A DNA stretch of 64,000 nucleotides from a virus, in IMG/VR virus record IMGVR_UViG_3300017593_000751, positions 1 through 64,000 of that record; one strand, written 5' to 3'. The notes under the pieces were generated by a model. It was given only the letters and a program-made list of their open reading frames with translations, had not been told where the DNA came from and did no database searches. A program made the position numbers and the translations under genes. Positions 36,520-45,051 of this stretch are shown piece by piece (positions within the stretch are counted from its first letter, which is position 1; every line of letters begins with the position of its first letter).

Positions 36520-36752
36520 CAAAGCAAACAGAGCGAATAAATACGTTTGGCTTGTTGGCCCAACTCCGGCGGATGAACACAGAATGGCACTTGGGGTATA
36601 GTCCGCGAGAGGGCCATTATTGCCACGTCTGGCTCCCGGCGGCGCTCGGCGGAAACTATTTGGCGTCGGGCCGAGACAAAATCATGGGCAGGGCAATCAA
36701 GCAAGCTCTTGTCGAAGTAGAACGCATCAGGCAGGCGGAAACAGGAGGATAA
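36516..36752 (+). CDS. small alpha-beta3-alpha protein
   Basis: NTFGLLAQLRRMNTEWHLGY..HYCHVW...MGRAIKQAL; close paralogue of 37942. Confidence 0.65.
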   Translation: MTKQTERINTFGLLAQLRRMNTEWHLGYSPREGHYCHVWLPAALGGNYLASGRDKIMGRAIKQALVEVERIRQAETGG

Positions 36753-36755
36753 CCA

Positions 36756-36905
36756 ATGACCAGGCCAGCAAGGAACGGAAGCGGTCGCGGACGTGGCCAG
36801 CCCGGCGGAGGACGCCGGGGCAGGAACACCGGCCCATGCCGCCGAGGTGGCCCCGGCTACGGTCGAGGCGGCGGTCGTGGTAAGGGTACCGGAAGGCAAG
36901 GATAG
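36756..36905 (+). CDS. Gly/Arg (RGG)-rich 49-aa peptide
   Basis: Own translation MTRPARNGSGRGRGQPGGGRRGRNTGPCRRGGPGYGRGGGRGKGTGRQG; AGGAGG RBS. Confidence 0.65.
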   Translation: MTRPARNGSGRGRGQPGGGRRGRNTGPCRRGGPGYGRGGGRGKGTGRQG

Positions 36906-36970
36906 GTATCATCCGAGGCCACGTGGCCTTTGCCCTGAACGCCTCGCCTGCGGGCGACGGCTAGGGGCAA

Positions 36971-37079
36971 GCCCGCCCGGATTGATTGACGTGGAAGAGT
37001 GCAGGGCGCGGCGGCGGGAGGAATCACCGACCGCCAAAACGCCCACGGGAACCGCCGAGGGGTAAGGCGGCGGGCGGGC
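36971..37079 (+). ncRNA. structured element C
   Basis: GCCCGCCCG/CGGGCGGGC closing stem; CCGCC-GAGGGGTAA-GGCGG. Confidence 0.6.
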
Positions 37080-37107
37080 AAGGCAGGACGGAAAGGAGAC
37101 TACAAAA

Positions 37108-37566
37108 ATGACAAGAGTATCAGACTTCTTTAGATGGTGGCAGGCGCTTGACCAATGCCTGCCCGACGGTTGGTGTCTGAGGGCGGGCATCAATGGGGAC
37201 GACGGCCATTGGTTTTACACATGCTGCGCCAAGCCGCAATTGACTCGCCCTATCGCAACATGCGCTGGCAGCCCTGTTGAAGCGGCCAATAAGGCCGTCT
37301 GGGCGTCTCAACAGGAAGAAACTTGGTGGGAGGCACTCAGCCGCCTTTTCCCTGACGGATGGTGTATTTCAAGGTACATCACTTCACAAAACGACGTACT
37401 CTACGGATTCGCTGATTTCCGCTATTACCCGGCGCAGACCACCAGTGGCCGCACGCCCGCTGAGGCCATAATTGGCGCGATTGACGCGCGAATTGATGAG
37501 CTGAAACAAGAGAAGGAATGCCGGGAGGCCCGAGAGATTGCCAGGAAAATAGCTAGGTGGCTGTAA
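37108..37566 (+). CDS. tandem alpha-beta3-alpha protein
   Basis: Two internal repeats WW.AL....PDGWC.....G.(S/T)P.EA...A. Confidence 0.7.
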   Translation: MTRVSDFFRWWQALDQCLPDGWCLRAGINGDDGHWFYTCCAKPQLTRPIATCAGSPVEAANKAVWASQQEETWWEALSRLFPDGWCISRYITSQNDVLYGFADFRYYPAQTTSGRTPAEAIIGAIDARIDELKQEKECREAREIARKIARWL

Positions 37567-37577
37567 CCAAAGGCAAC

Positions 37578-37649
37578 CCCGCCCGGACGTAAGGGAAGAG
37601 GCGGTTGCTAGCGCCGCGGGAGTCCCCGAGGGGTACGGGGACGGGCGGG
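37578..37649 (+). ncRNA. structured element D (72 nt, tRNA-sized, non-canonical)
   Basis: CCCGCCCG/CGGGCGGG; GCGGT-TGCTAGC-GCCGC; TCCCC-GAGGGGTAC-GGGGA. Confidence 0.6.
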
Positions 37650-37726
37650 AATGGGCTGAATGGCCGGAGGTATAGACGATGGCGAGAGGCAGCCCAATGC
37701 ATCAATCTATTGAAAGGAGGACAGCA

Positions 37727-37942
37727 ATGCCTGATGTTCAAACGAACTTAGCCGTGGCCAAAGAGGGCCTTTCGCAGGCGTTATACAAAACGCACAAAGC
37801 ATCGGAATGGATGTCTGGAAGAGTGCGAAGCTATCGGGTCGCCCTTGACGCGGTGAGCGAGGCCTTCCGGGCAGCAGAAACAGCGATGATAGCTTTAGGC
37901 CAAGTTCGGAAAGTTTTGCAAACAGTGAGTAAGGATAAATAA
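37727..37942 (+). CDS. hypothetical helical protein
   Basis: AAGGAGG RBS. Confidence 0.55.
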   Translation: MPDVQTNLAVAKEGLSQALYKTHKASEWMSGRVRSYRVALDAVSEAFRAAETAMIALGQVRKVLQTVSKDK

Positions 37943-38247
37943 TGGCCAAAAGACCAAACACGCTGAATCTACTGGCCAAGCTAAGACGGGAGCACGAGTT
38001 TTGGGAGCTCTACCGCGTCTTTTCCCGTTACTTCTGCCGCATTTGGGAAAGTGGCCGCGTATTTAAAGGTCATGGCGATTTGATGGGCGAGGCGATTCAG
38101 GAGGCGTTGGAAGGGGTGAAATCCTGGCGGGGGTGCGCAGAACAATCAGGGAACTCGCGGCGCAAAACGGCGAAAACAGCTCGCCGAGCGGACCAACGGC
38201 GGTATGAGAAAACAAGGAAGGGGACGAAAACAAAGACGAAGGAGTAG
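37942..38247 (+). CDS. small alpha-beta3-alpha protein
   Basis: NTLNLLAKLRREHEFWELYR..YFCRIW..FKGHGDLMGEAIQEAL. Confidence 0.65.
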   Translation: MAKRPNTLNLLAKLRREHEFWELYRVFSRYFCRIWESGRVFKGHGDLMGEAIQEALEGVKSWRGCAEQSGNSRRKTAKTARRADQRRYEKTRKGTKTKTKE

Positions 38248-38250
38248 AAG

Positions 38251-38559
38251 ATGTCAGACAAAAACAAAGACCGCCAAATGACGGGCGAAGAAATGCTACG
38301 AGCGGTTGGTTGGGTCAAGCAATCGCAGGTAACTGAAAATCTGCATTGCGGTCAGCTTGCTTGCGAGTTTTGCCAAGGGCGAGGCTATGTGTACTCTATG
38401 CCGGATTCCGCCTACGAAGTCTTGGCAAAGGTGGCGGAGAGGTCTTGGGGCGACGCGGAGGTTTTATTGAACCGCCAGCGCTCCACTTCCGTTCTTGTTT
38501 GTCCTCGTTGTTTAGGCAAAGGGTGGACCAAGGCGGCGAAAATAGAGGAAAAGACATGA
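38251..38559 (+). CDS. DnaJ-type zinc-finger protein
   Basis: CEFCQGRG...CPRCLGKG. Confidence 0.65.
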   Translation: MSDKNKDRQMTGEEMLRAVGWVKQSQVTENLHCGQLACEFCQGRGYVYSMPDSAYEVLAKVAERSWGDAEVLLNRQRSTSVLVCPRCLGKGWTKAAKIEEKT

Positions 38560-38876
38560 AACCAATCCGCCAATGGTGCCAGGAAATCACGCGGTGGCGG
38601 GAACGGAAAGGTTTCCGAACCCCGCAATCGCTGGCCCCCGGCGAACGCGAGTTGATGCTGGGCAAGCTGATGCTGGTAGTTTCAGAACTGGCCGAGGCCG
38701 CCGAAGCCGTGCGGGACGGCGACCGCGCCAATTTCGCGGAGGAATTGGCGGATACGGCCATTAGGCTCTTTGATATTTGCGGGGCCTGCGAGATAGATTT
38801 GGAAACGGAGATTAAGGCCAAGATGAAGAAGAACGAATCCCGCCCGACAAGGCATGGGCGGGGGAGTGCTTTGTGA
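38556..38876 (+). CDS. mazG: MazG-like nucleotide pyrophosphohydrolase
   Basis: LMLVVSELAEAAEAVR...EELADTAIRLFD...KMKKNESRP..HG. Confidence 0.85.
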   Translation: MKPIRQWCQEITRWRERKGFRTPQSLAPGERELMLGKLMLVVSELAEAAEAVRDGDRANFAEELADTAIRLFDICGACEIDLETEIKAKMKKNESRPTRHGRGSAL

Positions 38877-39979
38877 TGCTTGAAAGCCTATACATCCGAA
38901 ACTTCCAATCCCACGCTGATACTCTTGTTGAGTTCTCGCCCGGAGTAACGGTTATCGTAGGTTCTTCCAACGCGGGCAAGACCGCCATACTCCGCGCCCT
39001 GCGGTGGCTGGCGACCAATCGCCCCACCGGTCCCGGTATCGTTCGTAAAGGCAACGATGATAATTGCCGCGTCGTTCTTCGGTTGGATGACGGCACGAAG
39101 ATAGAACGCGCCCGCACGACGAAGAGTGCTGGCCATTATTCCTTGGTGCTCCCCGGCCGGAAGATGGTTCAATTTGAGGCCATGAAAGGGGCGGTTCCGG
39201 AGGCTGTGACTGATTCGCTGAACCTGGGCGAGTTGAACGTCCAGGCCCAAACCGCCGGGTTGTTCCTGGTATTGGACAGCCCCGGCAAGATAGCCCGGGC
39301 ATTGAACGATGCCGTGCATTTGGACGAGGCGGAGGCCGCCGCTTCGGCCGCTCAGGCCAGGGTTCGGCGATTGTCCGCCGAGAAGGCGGCGGAGCAAGGC
39401 CGGGCTGCGGAGCTGGACCGCGAGTTGGCCGTCTTCGCCAAGCTGCCTGATTATGAAGTTGGTGTGCGAAAGGCCGAAGAGCTAACTTCCCGCCTCCAAG
39501 AGCTAAAAACGAAGCTGGAAGGGCTGCGGGGATTGCTTCAAGACATCCGCGAGGTTTCCGAGGCCATTGAAAGAACGGCTCCGCCGAAAGAGCTGAGGCC
39601 CGCCGTGGCCAAGGCGGAGAAAGTAGCCGAAGCGCTTTTAGATAAGCTGGACCAATGGGGGGCGTTGGACGAGCTGACGGTAGAGATAAAGAGAGTTTGG
39701 ATAGAATTGACAAGAGCAACCCCGCCGAAAGGATTGGCGGAGGCTATTGATTCCGCGACCAAGCTGGACCGGGCCTTGTCCCGCCTGGACCGTGAAGCTC
39801 AAAGCATAAACAGCTTGCTGGACCAGCTGGCGAGAACGGAAGAAGTCCTGGATGACGCCAAGGACGCGGCGGAAAGCGCTCGTGATGAATATAATAAAGT
39901 GCGGGCGGAACTGACTCATTGCCCGACTTGTGGGCAAGAGCTGGACGCTGCGGCAAAGGAAAGGATGCTGGCGAAATGA
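38873..39979 (+). CDS. sbcC: SbcC/Rad50-like ATPase, N-terminal half
   Basis: IRNFQSH, GSSNAGKTAILRAL, Q-loop, coiled coil, CPTCG zinc hook; no Walker B. Confidence 0.9.
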   Translation: MMLESLYIRNFQSHADTLVEFSPGVTVIVGSSNAGKTAILRALRWLATNRPTGPGIVRKGNDDNCRVVLRLDDGTKIERARTTKSAGHYSLVLPGRKMVQFEAMKGAVPEAVTDSLNLGELNVQAQTAGLFLVLDSPGKIARALNDAVHLDEAEAAASAAQARVRRLSAEKAAEQGRAAELDRELAVFAKLPDYEVGVRKAEELTSRLQELKTKLEGLRGLLQDIREVSEAIERTAPPKELRPAVAKAEKVAEALLDKLDQWGALDELTVEIKRVWIELTRATPPKGLAEAIDSATKLDRALSRLDREAQSINSLLDQLARTEEVLDDAKDAAESARDEYNKVRAELTHCPTCGQELDAAAKERMLAK

Positions 39980-40974
39980 AGCTGCTTATCACAGGGGATT
40001 GGCACTTGAGAGCCTCTCGCCCGGAGAGGCGGACGGAAGAGGACTTCGCCGCCGTGTGCTTGGGCAAGGTGAATCAGGTCTTGGATATAGCGGAGAGGGA
40101 AGAGTGCAGATTGATAATTCAACCCGGCGACTTCTTCCACACGCCCAGACCAAGCGGAGAATTGGTGGTCGGGTTGATGGTATTGTTGAAACAACATGAT
40201 TTTCTCAGGCGGGCCGACCTATTGACAATACATGGCCAGCACGACTTGGCCTATCATTCAAAGGCCGCTCGTGAGAGTAGTATGTTGCGGATATTGGACG
40301 TCGGGGGGCTTTTGTGGCTTCTTGATTACCGGGAAGTGGACGAAAAGAAGGGCAATAATAATCTGATTGAAGATTTCACAGTGAGCACCGTAACGACGGA
40401 AGTATGCATCCGCGGCGCGGGTTGGGGGCAAGAACCCCCACCTCCGCCAGAAGAACATTACGATTGCAAGGTTCTAGTAGCCCACGCAATGGTGGGCGAC
40501 AAGAAGCTTTGGCCTAGCCAGGAATTGACCGGCCCCGCTGATTGGGTTCGGAAGCATCCCGGCTATGACCTTTATGTGTTGGGCGACTATCACTACCCTT
40601 TCATGGAGAAGGTAGGCGACGCGCTCGTAGTCAATGCTGGCGTCCTGATTCGTCAACAATACTCGGAGCGCGAATTGAATCACCGCCCTCAGGTGGTGGC
40701 GTACGATACGGAGACTCGAAAGACCAAGACGATATATCTGGACGTGGCCCCTGCGGAGAAGGCTTTCTCTCCGCCTTCGGCCAGGTCGGAAAAGGCCGAA
40801 CAGTTCGAAGAGTTCACGCGACGTTTGCAAGAACAGGGCAAGGTCGGCGTGGACTTCGAGAGCAACCTGCAAGCCTTCTTGGAGGCGTACGAAACCCCGC
40901 CAAAGGTCCGCGAGGCCGTCTGGCAGGCCGTGAAAGAGGCGAAAGAAACGAAGGAGACTAGACGTGGCGGATAG
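39976..40974 (+). CDS. sbcD: SbcD/Mre11 metallophosphoesterase nuclease
   Basis: GDWH, PGDFFH, GQHD, AHAM, GDYH, NAG. Confidence 0.9.
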   Translation: MKLLITGDWHLRASRPERRTEEDFAAVCLGKVNQVLDIAEREECRLIIQPGDFFHTPRPSGELVVGLMVLLKQHDFLRRADLLTIHGQHDLAYHSKAARESSMLRILDVGGLLWLLDYREVDEKKGNNNLIEDFTVSTVTTEVCIRGAGWGQEPPPPPEEHYDCKVLVAHAMVGDKKLWPSQELTGPADWVRKHPGYDLYVLGDYHYPFMEKVGDALVVNAGVLIRQQYSERELNHRPQVVAYDTETRKTKTIYLDVAPAEKAFSPPSARSEKAEQFEEFTRRLQEQGKVGVDFESNLQAFLEAYETPPKVREAVWQAVKEAKETKETRRGG

Positions 40975-41251
40975 TGAGCAAAACGAGCTTAGAAAAGACC
41001 TAGCACGGGTCAAAGAGGCCAAGGCCAAGTTAGAAGAAGCTGAGCGGCGGGTGGAGCAATTGAAGGGCAAGCGGGCCGCATTGTTGGACCGTCTGAAGAA
41101 TGAGTTCGGCTTCTCCAATCCGGCCGAGGCGGAGGGCCGCGTAGAAGAGATGGAAGCAGAGATTATGGACTTGGAAGGACAGCTGAAGGACGAATTGGAA
41201 CGGATAGACGACCTGTTGAAAGAGATGGAGGAACAAATCGATGAGGCTTAG
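40964..41251 (+). CDS. coiled-coil protein (possible SbcC linker piece)
   Basis: Heptad-rich; lies between SbcD and SbcC C-half. Confidence 0.6.
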   Translation: MADSEQNELRKDLARVKEAKAKLEEAERRVEQLKGKRAALLDRLKNEFGFSNPAEAEGRVEEMEAEIMDLEGQLKDELERIDDLLKEMEEQIDEA

Positions 41252-41453
41252 ATGTCCGAAGTGCGGTGAAACTAATATAGATGCTACTTTTACTTGGGGC
41301 GGGGAGTACGAATGCCCCAAATGTGGGGAGGAATGGCAAATTGATTTGGTGGAGCTGGCCGCTCAGGCCACAAGGGCCTTGGTAAATATAGACCATTCCT
41401 TGGTTCAATTGAACCGGAACCTGCAAGCCTTGTTGCGAAAAATTGACCACTGA
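41241..41453 (+). CDS. small zinc-ribbon protein
   Basis: CPKCG...CPKCG. Confidence 0.65.
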   Translation: MRLRCPKCGETNIDATFTWGGEYECPKCGEEWQIDLVELAAQATRALVNIDHSLVQLNRNLQALLRKIDH

Positions 41454-42082
41454 TGTCTGTTGAGCTAATATCTCGCGTGGAGGCCCACAAGACCAGATTG
41501 GCCGAGATGAAGGCCGTTTACGGTCGATTGAAGGCCATGCGGGGCGAGGCTGTCAAACGGGCTTCGGACTTGGCCCGTCAGGAGAAAGACGCTGAGGCCG
41601 CCCATTCCATCATCGTTGAGGTTTTGAGGGCCACTCAAGAAGAAACGGTAGGCTTGGTCAATGAGCTGGTCTCTTTGGCCTTGGCCGCCGTCTATGGGCC
41701 GGAATACTCTTTTGAGCTGGAGTTCTCCATCCGCCGCAACCAAAGCGAGGCCACTCCTTGGGTACTTCGGAACGGCGAAAGGTTCAGTCCGCGAGAAGAG
41801 GTCGGAGGCGGCATATTGGATATATGCTCTCTGGCCTTGAGGCTGGCCTTGTGGAGCCTGAAGGTTCCGCGGACCGCCCCTGTGTTCATTCTGGACGAAC
41901 CGGCCAAGTGGCTTTCGGCGGACAAGCAGGCAGCCTTCGGCAGGCTGCTGAAAGAAGTAAGTGAAAAGCTGGGGGTGCAAATCATCGTGGTTTCGCACTC
42001 TCGCGGTATAATAGAGTGTGGCGACAAGACGTATGAGGTCAGGATAGAAAAGGGAATCAGTCAAGTGGAGTTGGTCAAGTGA
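41453..42082 (+). CDS. sbcC: SbcC/Rad50-like ATPase, C-terminal half
   Basis: VGGGILDI signature variant, FILDEP Walker B, VVSH H-loop. Confidence 0.85.
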   Translation: MSVELISRVEAHKTRLAEMKAVYGRLKAMRGEAVKRASDLARQEKDAEAAHSIIVEVLRATQEETVGLVNELVSLALAAVYGPEYSFELEFSIRRNQSEATPWVLRNGERFSPREEVGGGILDICSLALRLALWSLKVPRTAPVFILDEPAKWLSADKQAAFGRLLKEVSEKLGVQIIVVSHSRGIIECGDKTYEVRIEKGISQVELVK

Positions 42083-42099
42083 GCACAGGAGAAGGAAAC

Positions 42100-42447
42100 A
42101 TGAAGAAGGTCCAGATTTTAGCTGTTCTTTTGGTTCTGTTGCCAGTGTTGGCCGGTGGATGTGCTCAACCCCCTCCGGCGGTCAAGGCTGCCCTTTACAC
42201 GGCCCAGCTGTCTCTGGAGGCCACGGCCCAGGAGGCCGCAGCCGGCGAGAAGGGCATTTGGAAGGTGCCCGACGACGCGACGGTCGAGGAAAAGCTGGCC
42301 ATTCGAGAGCGGCAGGTGGTCGAATGTGTCAAGACGATGGAGCAGGCCAGCAAGAACCTCAAGGTTGTGGTCTCTTGGTTCCGACAAGACCACTCGGGCC
42401 TTTCCACAAACGACAGCTCTTTCAATTCTTCTGGCGGAGGGAGGTAA
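42100..42447 (+). CDS. lipoprotein
   Basis: MKK + hydrophobic stretch + LAGGC lipobox. Confidence 0.7.
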   Translation: MKKVQILAVLLVLLPVLAGGCAQPPPAVKAALYTAQLSLEATAQEAAAGEKGIWKVPDDATVEEKLAIRERQVVECVKTMEQASKNLKVVVSWFRQDHSGLSTNDSSFNSSGGGR

Positions 42448-42454
42448 GGCGGCG

Positions 42455-42505
42455 GGCCGGCGGCGGGGCGGTCTTTGCTCCTTTCTCCCGCCCCGCCTGC
42501 CGGCC
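42455..42505 (+). promoter_or_regulatory. GC hairpin with anti-Shine-Dalgarno loop
   Basis: 17-bp stem with one bulge; loop TCTTTGCTCCTTTCTC. Confidence 0.6.
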
Positions 42506-42543
42506 GGTTTGTCTTGGGAAAATGAAAACCAAAGGAGATAGAC

Positions 42544-42927
42544 ATGGGCAAGAATAAGCTATCTTTGGAAGAAGTAGAGGAAAAGCTGTCCGAGACCGTG
42601 ACTCAATTGGTGGAGGACCATCTGGGCGAGGAAATGGCGGGCGTGCTTCAGCCTCTTATCCCGGCCGCTGTCCGGCTGGCTGCGGAAAAGGGAGTCGAGG
42701 CCGCCGTTGATGCTTTGCAAAATCTGGCCAGGGAAGACCCGTACTTGAGTTTCAGCGTACTGATTCAAGCGGCCACGCCGGAGCAGAGGCGGACGATTAT
42801 GGAGCAGGCCCGCGTGGCCGCCGTACAGGCTGTGGCCAGGCGATTGGGCTCGGAGGACCGGTTGTGGGAAGTTTTGGCAATAGCTTTAAAAGTGGCTGCT
42901 TCGCTGCTGGCCTTGTTGTTGGTCTAG
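42544..42927 (+). CDS. hypothetical protein with C-terminal hydrophobic helix
   Basis: AAGGAG RBS. Confidence 0.6.
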   Translation: MGKNKLSLEEVEEKLSETVTQLVEDHLGEEMAGVLQPLIPAAVRLAAEKGVEAAVDALQNLAREDPYLSFSVLIQAATPEQRRTIMEQARVAAVQAVARRLGSEDRLWEVLAIALKVAASLLALLLV

Positions 42928-43406
42928 TAGCTCTACTCGTTTTGGTAGGCTGTCGGCCCCAAACGGACGTAAAGGCAGATACGCACGTGGACGTGCAGCC
43001 TCCGCGTGTGGAGGTCAAGCCGGGCGCAATCACCGCCACCATGCCCGTGGAAGCTACGGCGTTCAAGCGGAACGAATCTTTGAACCAGGACCAGACCACC
43101 GGGGGCTGGGGCATAAACATCGGCAAGGTGGAGATAGACGGGCTGTCCCTGGCCCTGGTACTCCTATTGGCCGGTATTTGCCTTCTCTTGTATGGCAGGC
43201 ACAGAAAGGCGATGACCACGGTGGACATGTTCGTAAAGGCCGTTGAAGAGACCGTTGAAGAAAACGAAGAAAGCTCGCGGCTCCCGGAAAAGCTTCGCCT
43301 CATGGCCCTGAGCCGGGGCGTGGAAGGCTTCTTGCGTTCCCGCATCCGCAAGGTCCGCAAGGTCCGTAAGGCTGATAAGACTGACAAGAGAAAGGAAAGC
43401 AAATGA
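42864..43406 (+). CDS. lipoprotein with additional TM segment (lysis/spanin-like candidate)
   Basis: LVGC lipobox, second hydrophobic helix. Confidence 0.55.
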   Translation: MGSFGNSFKSGCFAAGLVVGLVALLVLVGCRPQTDVKADTHVDVQPPRVEVKPGAITATMPVEATAFKRNESLNQDQTTGGWGINIGKVEIDGLSLALVLLLAGICLLLYGRHRKAMTTVDMFVKAVEETVEENEESSRLPEKLRLMALSRGVEGFLRSRIRKVRKVRKADKTDKRKESK

Positions 43407-44290
43407 AGGTTCTAGTAGCCGGACCATACGTGGGCGAATTGGGCTGGGAGCTGTTCAGCTGGCAGCCGATGGTCCGCCGCGTTTGGCTGGACAATAAGCC
43501 GGACAAAACCATCGTGTACACGCGCCCGGGCCGGCGGTTGTTCTATCGCTTCGCTGACGAAGTGCGAGACCAAAAGCTGCCCGACCACGAAGCTGAATGC
43601 CTAGCTTGGCACGACTTGGACAAGTATATGGATGAGTTTACCGGGGCTATCAGGGCCGTCCAGGAGCAGGCCAAACAGGAGTTCAAGGGCCACAACATAG
43701 TGTTCTTCGGCTATCCTGCCTTGAAACAGTTGAACCGGCCCTACTACGCCCAAGGCGCGCCGGACTTGCTGTACGGTGAGCAGAAGCGGGCGGAGGAATT
43801 GCTGGCCGAACATAATAACGTGGTGGTCCTGTGTGTGCGGGATAGGGCCATGAGTGATTATCGCAACTGGCCTTACGAAGAGTGGGCGGCACTGGGGCGG
43901 TATTTAGCCGCTGGCGGTTGGTCGGTGGTGTATCTGGGGCGAATCCGCGACATGGTGAGGTGGAATGTGTTGATGAGCGGGGTCTTGACTTCGCCCCAAC
44001 GCGAGGGAGTGGTCATAGACCTGACCAACCGAACCTCTTTAGACGATTGCTTGTCTGTGATGAGCAGGGCCAGGCTCGCGGTAGGCGGTTCTTCCGGCCT
44101 GCTTCACTTGGCCAGTCGATGCGGGCTGGACCATCTGGTTTGGGGTGCCCCTTCCGCCCGTTCTCGATACGCTGAAACCAACTGGTTCGGTGCCCACTTC
44201 AAGTTCTTGTCTGTGGGTTGGCAACCTAAGTGGGAAGATATAGCTTCCGAAGCGGAGCATTATCTGGAAAAAGGAGCCTTCCGGCCATGA
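43403..44290 (+). CDS. glycosyltransferase, GT9-like
   Basis: RNWPYEEW, DLTNRTSL, AVGGSSGLLHLA. Confidence 0.8.
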   Translation: MKVLVAGPYVGELGWELFSWQPMVRRVWLDNKPDKTIVYTRPGRRLFYRFADEVRDQKLPDHEAECLAWHDLDKYMDEFTGAIRAVQEQAKQEFKGHNIVFFGYPALKQLNRPYYAQGAPDLLYGEQKRAEELLAEHNNVVVLCVRDRAMSDYRNWPYEEWAALGRYLAAGGWSVVYLGRIRDMVRWNVLMSGVLTSPQREGVVIDLTNRTSLDDCLSVMSRARLAVGGSSGLLHLASRCGLDHLVWGAPSARSRYAETNWFGAHFKFLSVGWQPKWEDIASEAEHYLEKGAFRP

Positions 44291-45051
44291 AGAAGGCCAG
44301 GGTACTCATAACGTTTGATGATGGTTTGTATAGTCATAGATTGGCGGCGGAAGCCTTGGCGGAGCGTGGACTGAGAGGGGCGTTCGCCGTGATAACGTCC
44401 CGCATAGGTCGGCCCGGAGCGCTGACTGGCTTGGACGTTTTGAACATGGCCCATCAGGGGCATTTCATCTGCAATCATTCCGCCCGCCACAAGTGGGCTG
44501 GCAGGGGAGAGCCTAAGCCGGGCCGAAAGGCTTATTCCAGGGCGGAAATAACCAAGGATTATCTGGAGGGATTGCGTTGGGGGCGGAAGCTGGCCGAATC
44601 CGATAGCGTGCCTGCCAATGTCCGCGATAATATCCGCATGGACTATCTGTGCGTTCCTTACGGTACGGCCAACGTGTTCGGGCCGGAGCATTTGCGGGAA
44701 CTGCTGGGCCATTTCCGTTGGATACGCCTGACCGTGGGGGCACCGAACCCTGCTGACAAGGCTAGCTGGATAGCGGAGGGGGGCAAGCGCATCTATCCCG
44801 GCGACTATCGCGGGCCGGTCATCGGCATTTCCGCCGCCGCGGATGCTCGATATCCTGACCGCATCAGGGAGACCTTGGAAACGGCGATAAAGGTTGGGGG
44901 GTTGGCGGTGTTGTTATATCATGATGTAGCTCATATATTGGGCAGGGGACAAGACGTCACTTGGGAGCAATTTGAGTCCGACTTGGACTTTATGAAGGAA
45001 CGAAAAGAGGCGGGACTGTTGGAAACCGTCTTGCCGCCCGATATACGATGA
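44287..45051 (+). CDS. polysaccharide deacetylase (NodB/CE4)
   Basis: ITFDDG, NHSARH, PYG, LLYH. Confidence 0.85.
   Translation: MKKARVLITFDDGLYSHRLAAEALAERGLRGAFAVITSRIGRPGALTGLDVLNMAHQGHFICNHSARHKWAGRGEPKPGRKAYSRAEITKDYLEGLRWGRKLAESDSVPANVRDNIRMDYLCVPYGTANVFGPEHLRELLGHFRWIRLTVGAPNPADKASWIAEGGKRIYPGDYRGPVIGISAAADARYPDRIRETLETAIKVGGLAVLLYHDVAHILGRGQDVTWEQFESDLDFMKERKEAGLLETVLPPDIR

Noticed and set aside
36790-36924. A fifth structured element (ACGTGGCC...GGCCACGT) and ORF 36793..37065
   Set aside because: Better explained by the RGG-peptide gene in another frame; pairing may follow from GC-rich codons.
37601-37616. Functional amber suppressor tRNA or genome-wide stop-codon reassignment
   Set aside because: Element D lacks canonical tRNA identity features, and TAG and TGA end many well-formed genes here.
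4445-43390. Short 9- and 12-bp in-frame tandem repeats (TEA, KEV, AKV, EEP, RKV)
   Set aside because: Ordinary slippage in disordered linkers and tails; no shared sequence.
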